A stretch of DNA of 64,000 nt from Candidatus Fraserbacteria bacterium (GTDB lineage Bacteria > Bipolaricaulota > Bipolaricaulia > RBG-16-55-9 > DRXL01), in contig CAMTVK010000007.1 in the NCBI GenBank assembly GCA_947085185.1, positions 64,001 to 128,000 on the forward strand, in the 5' to 3' direction. A program made the position numbers and the translations under genes. Of this stretch, positions 59,284 to 64,000 are shown piece by piece (the first letter of the stretch is position 1; each line of letters opens with the position of its first letter). The notes below the pieces were generated by a model. That model did no database searches. It saw only the letters and a list, made by a program, of their open reading frames with translations, and was not told where the DNA came from.

Positions 59284-60150
59284 ATGTTGGAGCGCTTTAA
59301 GGAGCAAACTAGTCTCGGTCTGGTGCTTGTCTTCGCTCTTGTCGGAGTGATAGGCTTTATCGCTTGGGCTGCCGTGATCAACGGCACTCCGGGGGATGAT
59401 GATATTGAAGGAACGTCTGCGAATGACAACATCAAGGGATTCGCTGGCGACGATGTCATAAGCGGTAAGGGCGGAAATGACTTCATAGACGGCGGTCTGC
59501 ACGATGATATGATCGCCGGTGACTTCGGAAACGATACCATCTTCGGTGGCGACGGCGATGACACCATCTGCGGTGGTGGCTACGAAGATCCTTCCGGTAA
59601 GTCTGGATGCGATTTCACTTCCCCCAATTTCCCGGTTACCAGTGATGTGATCAACGGTGGTCGCGGCAACGACATGATCTTCGGCAGCAGTGGCAACGAC
59701 CGTCTTATGGGCGGCCCCGGCCACGACACGCTCGTCGGCGGGGCCGGGAATGACTATATTGACGGTGGCACCGGCAATGACACCATTGATGAATTAGTGG
59801 ACGATGGCAGTATAAGCGATTGCGGGAACAACACTCTCATCGGCGGAGCGGGCAACGATGTCATCACCGGCGGCTGCGGCAACGACTTTATAGATCCTGG
59901 GCAAGGGCTCGATCAAGTAGACGCCGGCCCGGGCGATGACACGATCATCATCCGTCCTGGGGACGTCACGGGATTCCAGACAGAGATCATCGCCTGTGGC
60001 GAAGGCGACAACGATACGGTGCTGCTCTCCGGCTTCCCGCGAGGGATCCAGCTTCCCACTGGCACCAACCCGCCGGTGACAGTCACCGATCCCTGGACAC
60101 GGGGGACGTATCTTATTGACGCCAGCTGCGAGATCATCGCCCGACGCTAG
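59284..60150 (+). CDS. Signal-peptide RTX repeat protein 4
   Basis: Hydrophobic N-terminus, GGxGND repeats, GDV..TE.I.C...DPWT.GTY.I...C C-terminal domain. Confidence 0.85.
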   Translation: MLERFKEQTSLGLVLVFALVGVIGFIAWAAVINGTPGDDDIEGTSANDNIKGFAGDDVISGKGGNDFIDGGLHDDMIAGDFGNDTIFGGDGDDTICGGGYEDPSGKSGCDFTSPNFPVTSDVINGGRGNDMIFGSSGNDRLMGGPGHDTLVGGAGNDYIDGGTGNDTIDELVDDGSISDCGNNTLIGGAGNDVITGGCGNDFIDPGQGLDQVDAGPGDDTIIIRPGDVTGFQTEIIACGEGDNDTVLLSGFPRGIQLPTGTNPPVTVTDPWTRGTYLIDASCEIIARR

Positions 60151-60183
60151 CCCTAGCGAGGTTGGCAGGAGCGACGCGCATCA

Positions 60184-60241
60184 GAAGTCTGAAGAGTCCA
60201 TAGAGTCTCGGGAGTCGGACTCTATGGACTCTCTTGACTCT
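60184..60241. repeat. Inverted array of GAGTC-containing 9-mers
   Basis: gaagtc tgaagagtc catagagtc tcgggagtc / gactctatg gactctctt gactctc. Confidence 0.7.
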
Positions 60242-60323
60242 CCTCAGGGACCGCCGTGACGTCGAGGAAGGACAGCCGGCCTTGCACCCCGCTCCCTAAA
60301 CACCCTACAATGTGCCACAGCTT

Positions 60324-61622
60324 ATGAGCGGAAAAATACGGCGCGTCATGATCGGCCTCGGCTGGCTCGGCCTCGCCTTGCTCAGCTTGCTCTCTTCTGA
60401 TAAGAATATTCACGCCCAACAGGCCCTCGCCGAAGTCAGCGTCGAGAGCAAAACTCTCGCGCCTAACTCCACCGGCTCCGTCACTATTAGCATCAGCGAA
60501 GGCCCCAACGCCGGCGTCGCCGACATCCAAGGGACCCTGCGGTTCGATCCCAGAGTCCTCAAAGCGACTAAAGTCGAGGGCCAGCAGGACTACGAGGTCT
60601 TCGCTTCTAAGCTCGATAACAACGCCGGCGAAGCGAAGTTCGTCGTCACCAAGCTGCGCGCCCCCTACGCGAAAGCCGGCCCACTTATCAAGATCGAATT
60701 CCAAGCGATCGGCAGATCGGGCGATAGATCAGATCTTCGGCTCACTTTAGATAAGCTGGGCGATCCCACCGATCGCACTATACCCCATAAGATCATCAAC
60801 GGGCTGATCACGCTGGGAATGGTGCAGAATCAGCCGCCCACTGCGAATTTTAGTTTCACCCCCGCCGCGCCCAAGGTGGACGAAGAGATCTCGTTCAAGG
60901 ACGAATCTACTGATCCTGACGGCCCAACAGACATCGTCAGTTGGGAGTGGGACTTCGGCGATGGCACCACGAGCACCGAACAGAACCCCAAGAAGAAATA
61001 CGCTCAGAAGAAAGTCTACGACGTCAAGCTCACGGTGAAGGACAGAGCGGGGCTGCCCAGCTTTGTGGTGAAGAAAGTTCCGGTGGGCATCGTGCCGCCC
61101 AAAGCTGATTTTGTGTTCAGCCCCACAAGCCCCGAAGTCGGCGACGAGGTTCAGTTTACGGATAAGTCTACCGACGACGGCAAGATCGTTGGGTGGCGCT
61201 GGGACTTTGGTGACGGCACCACGAGCACTGAACAAAACCCCAAGAAGAAATACGCTCAGGCGGGAACTTTTAAAGTCAAGCTCACCGCGCGGGATAACGA
61301 TGGCGCCGAGAGCACCGTTGAGAAGAGCATCACTGTGAAGGCTTCAAGTAGGCCGATCATCGGGGTCTTTCCCAATCCGGCGCGCGACAGTGCGACGTTT
61401 GTGTTCACCTTGCCGCCTGGGGCGACCGGCGGGACGTTGCTTGTCTTCAATATCGCTGGGAGGGTCGTGCTGCGCAAGGAGAAGCTGACGGGAACCCAAT
61501 TTGTGTGGGACATCAAGAGGGACGATGTGCCCAGCGGCCCCTATTACTATCTCATGATCGCGTTCAAGGAGAACTCTGTGATAGGCCGCTCGCGCATTGA
61601 GAAACTCATCATTCAGCGTTAG
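60324..61622 (+). CDS. Secreted cohesin-like + 2x PKD + T9SS-like CTD protein
   Basis: GVADIQGTLRFDPRVLK; two WDFGDGTTSTEQNP; VFPNP...VFNIAGRVV...PSGPYYY...KLIIQR. Confidence 0.88.
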   Translation: MSGKIRRVMIGLGWLGLALLSLLSSDKNIHAQQALAEVSVESKTLAPNSTGSVTISISEGPNAGVADIQGTLRFDPRVLKATKVEGQQDYEVFASKLDNNAGEAKFVVTKLRAPYAKAGPLIKIEFQAIGRSGDRSDLRLTLDKLGDPTDRTIPHKIINGLITLGMVQNQPPTANFSFTPAAPKVDEEISFKDESTDPDGPTDIVSWEWDFGDGTTSTEQNPKKKYAQKKVYDVKLTVKDRAGLPSFVVKKVPVGIVPPKADFVFSPTSPEVGDEVQFTDKSTDDGKIVGWRWDFGDGTTSTEQNPKKKYAQAGTFKVKLTARDNDGAESTVEKSITVKASSRPIIGVFPNPARDSATFVFTLPPGATGGTLLVFNIAGRVVLRKEKLTGTQFVWDIKRDDVPSGPYYYLMIAFKENSVIGRSRIEKLIIQR

Positions 61623-61632
61623 GGAGGAGCCG

Positions 61633-62577
61633 ATGCGCCGTGCGTTTTGGCTGCTAGGACTGACTCTTATAGGGCTTGGGGGTGTGGGGCAGGCCCGCCC
61701 GCTCGTCACGGTCTTCGATATTGGCGCGGGGGTGCGCCCGGTGAGCTTGGGCGAGGCGTTCACGGGCCTGGCCGACGACGAATACGCGCTCTTCTATAAC
61801 CCCGCAGGATTAGCTCTGCTCACCGGCGGTCGGGCGAGTCTCTTATATCAGTCGCACTTTGGCGCGTCCACGTATCTCAGCGCATTGGGGAGTTTTGGGA
61901 ATATCGGGGGCGGACTGATATTCTTTGATTTTGGTCAAGTGCCCTGTCTGACGGCGCAGAACCAGCCCTGTAAAGACGCTCAAGGCAAGACGATTAGCTC
62001 GTTCGGGTATTCGAGCTTCGCTCTGGCGGTCGGCTGGGGCGCTCCAATGCGCTCGTTGCCGTTCTTGAGCAATCTTCCCCAAGGGTTGGCGCTGGGGCTG
62101 AGAGTAAAATTCGTCTCGATCACGAGTTTCGATCCCGTCAAGTTTCAGTCTTTAGGGATCAGCGGGTTTGTGTTTGACCCGTCGTTGTTGTGGGAGCTCG
62201 GGGCGTTTGGGCCGGTTGAGGCCGTTCGTGTGGGCGTGGTCTTAGAGAATTTGCTCGGTTTGGCGTTTGGCGCTTCAGCAGAAGAGAATTTCCCGATGGG
62301 GCTGCGCCTGGGGGCCTCGGCACGCGCGCTCGATTTGGTCACGGTGAGCGCGGATCTTTCACTGAATGACGGGTTTCATCTGGGAGCTGAATATACTCTG
62401 ACGAAGCTAGGCCCTCTGGAGAGCTTGAGCATTCGTGCGGGGATGCTCACTCGGACGGGGCTGGGAGTGAGCGTGGGGCTGGGGGTCGTCTTCGGCACGC
62501 TGCAGATAGATTACGCGTTTCTCTTTCATCCCGATTTTGAGGGCTCGCACTGGCTCTCCGCGTCGTTTCGCTTCTAG
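61633..62577 (+). CDS. PorV/UPF0164-like outer-membrane beta-barrel
   Basis: Signal peptide; GVRPVSLGEAFTGLADD..ALFYNPAGL; GAEY, IRAG, IDYAF; C-terminal SFRF beta-signal. Confidence 0.8.
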   Translation: MRRAFWLLGLTLIGLGGVGQARPLVTVFDIGAGVRPVSLGEAFTGLADDEYALFYNPAGLALLTGGRASLLYQSHFGASTYLSALGSFGNIGGGLIFFDFGQVPCLTAQNQPCKDAQGKTISSFGYSSFALAVGWGAPMRSLPFLSNLPQGLALGLRVKFVSITSFDPVKFQSLGISGFVFDPSLLWELGAFGPVEAVRVGVVLENLLGLAFGASAEENFPMGLRLGASARALDLVTVSADLSLNDGFHLGAEYTLTKLGPLESLSIRAGMLTRTGLGVSVGLGVVFGTLQIDYAFLFHPDFEGSHWLSASFRF

Positions 62578-62676
62578 TGCGCGGACGTGATCTCCATCAC
62601 TTCCCCAATGCTTGAGATTCAGTACAATAGATGTGTTCTTATTCGGGCCTGTGTGGCCCGCTGATGAGGAGGTCTC

Positions 62677-63726
62677 ATGAAGCGCACAGAGCGATGGGCG
62701 ATCTTCGTCGTCTTGCTGGGGTGGAGCACGATGGCGTTCGCGCAGGAAGCCGCGGTGCTCACGGTGGAGAGCGTGACCGTGCCCCCAGCGGCCAAGACGA
62801 CCATATCCGTCACGGTAGCACACGTCCCTGCGCCGGGCATCGCCAGCATCCAAGGACGATTCTCATACGATCCGAAAGTGCTCAAAGTCACCGATGTGGC
62901 ATTTCCGCAGATTGTGGGTGCCAACGTCACGGTCTTTAATAATACTCCGGAGTCCGGTCTGGTCCGATTTGCCGCGACGCTTGCCGGCGCAGACATCGCA
63001 GGGATCACCGAGGGGACGCTCTTAGAGTTTTCCGTAGAAGCCGTGGGCAAAAACGGCGACAAGAGCACGCTCACCCTCACCGTCGAAGTCCTGAGCGATG
63101 TCGGGTACAACGCCGTGCCGTATCAGATTATTAATGGGACTTTCGAGATCAAAGAAGTCGTCAATCAGCCACCGGTTGCGGACTTTGAGTTTGCTCCGGC
63201 GCAGCCGGCTGCGGGGCAGACCGTCAAGTTTACCGACAGATCCAAAGACCCCGACGGCCAAGTGAAGTCTTGGCAGTGGGACTTCGGCGACGGCACCACA
63301 AGCACCGAACAGAATCCGTCGCACGTCTATCGCACTGCGGGGACGTTTACAGTAAAGCTCATCGTGACCGACGACAAGGGCGCGCCAAGCCCGCCCACCG
63401 AAAAGAAGATCACCGTGGGGCCGCCGGCGCAGATTGCTGTCACGATCACAAACTTCCCCAATCCCGCGAAAGATCGCACAAAGTTCGTCTACGGCTGGAC
63501 GCTGCCTGCGCCCGCCCGCCAAGCGACCTTGAGAATCTTCACCATCAAGGGCGAATTGGCCTTCACCAAAGACTTAGATACGAACAAGACGGAGTTCATC
63601 TACGATCTGAAAGATAGTGTCGGTCGGCCCTTGCCCAACGGGCCGTACTTCTATGTGCTCTCTGTGACGGCGCAGGACAACAGTATCGTGCGCTCGGCAA
63701 TCGGCGTCTTGGCCGTCCAACGATAA
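62677..63726 (+). CDS. Secreted cohesin-like + PKD + T9SS-like CTD protein
   Basis: GIASIQGRFSYDPKVLKV; WDFGDGTTSTEQNPSH; NFPNP...IFTIKGEL...LPNGPYFY...LAVQR. Confidence 0.88.
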   Translation: MKRTERWAIFVVLLGWSTMAFAQEAAVLTVESVTVPPAAKTTISVTVAHVPAPGIASIQGRFSYDPKVLKVTDVAFPQIVGANVTVFNNTPESGLVRFAATLAGADIAGITEGTLLEFSVEAVGKNGDKSTLTLTVEVLSDVGYNAVPYQIINGTFEIKEVVNQPPVADFEFAPAQPAAGQTVKFTDRSKDPDGQVKSWQWDFGDGTTSTEQNPSHVYRTAGTFTVKLIVTDDKGAPSPPTEKKITVGPPAQIAVTITNFPNPAKDRTKFVYGWTLPAPARQATLRIFTIKGELAFTKDLDTNKTEFIYDLKDSVGRPLPNGPYFYVLSVTAQDNSIVRSAIGVLAVQR

Positions 63727-63737
63727 AGGGGGCTGCA

Positions 63738-64000
63738 ATGAGAGAGTTCCAAGTTCGAAGTTTCAAAGTTTGGGTGAGCCAGGGCTTAGTCTTTATAGCT
63801 CTGCTGGTTGCGATGACAAGCGTTGGGTCAGTTTTTGGGCAGACGCTGCTGTCGCTCTATGAGCTCGAGCGTGGGGCGCGCCCGGCGGCCCTGGGCGGCG
63901 CGTTCACCGGGCTCGCCGATGACGCCTATGCGCTCGTCTATAACCCGGCAGCGTTGGCGTTCTTAGAGCGAGCCAGCGCGCACGCGCTGATCGAATCTCG
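63738..64000 (+). CDS. Second PorV/UPF0164-like beta-barrel, N-terminal part (runs off window)
   Basis: Manual translation MREFQV...GARPAALGGAFTGLADDAYALVYNPAALAFL. Confidence 0.8.
   Translation, partial: MREFQVRSFKVWVSQGLVFIALLVAMTSVGSVFGQTLLSLYELERGARPAALGGAFTGLADDAYALVYNPAALAFLERASAHALIES

Noticed and set aside
56623..59724. Long Ser/Pro-rich minus-strand ORFs
   Set aside because: Antisense shadows of Gly/Asp-rich RTX repeats
44231..63726. True cellulosome
   Set aside because: No glycoside hydrolase or CBM3 domain recognisable and no multi-cohesin scaffoldin in the window

Overview
GC-rich bacterial chromosome segment; no rRNA, tRNA, CRISPR array or transposase was seen. The insert-rich RpoC and the archaeal-type regulator tentatively suggest a deep-branching lineage such as Ca. 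Acetothermia/Bipolaricaulota (inference only). 1-16.8 kb: partial thrS, arsC, pstSCAB-phoU (PstA carries two inserted PDZ-like domains), phnDCE plus a HAD hydrolase, an amidase, znuABC-zur and an archaeal-type AbrB-PhoU regulator; a shared CTATATAG motif sits at the four phosphate promoters. 16.9-27.1 kb: SNF2 helicase / PD-(D/E)XK nuclease / DUF1156 methylase / DUF499 ATPase defence island, with the methylase split in two by MNT-HEPN toxin-antitoxin genes and carrying in-frame REP-like palindromes. 27-42 kb: housekeeping genes (ndk, rpoC without an adjacent rpoB, rdgB, oppDF, secG, M50 protease, NFACT/RqcH, an extended family-5 SBP). About 42.2-42.55 kb: a strong oriC candidate (12 DnaA boxes plus DnaA-trio tracts) with no dnaA nearby. 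44-64 kb: a cell-surface locus with five secreted proteins ending in T9SS-like C-terminal sorting domains and carrying cohesin, dockerin, PKD or FG-GAP modules, two PorV-like beta-barrels each directly after a cargo gene, four signal-peptide RTX-repeat paralogues sharing a Cys-containing C-terminal domain, and a duplicated, decaying toxin-antitoxin islet. The T9SS-like cohesin-dockerin surface locus is the best candidate for an undescribed system.
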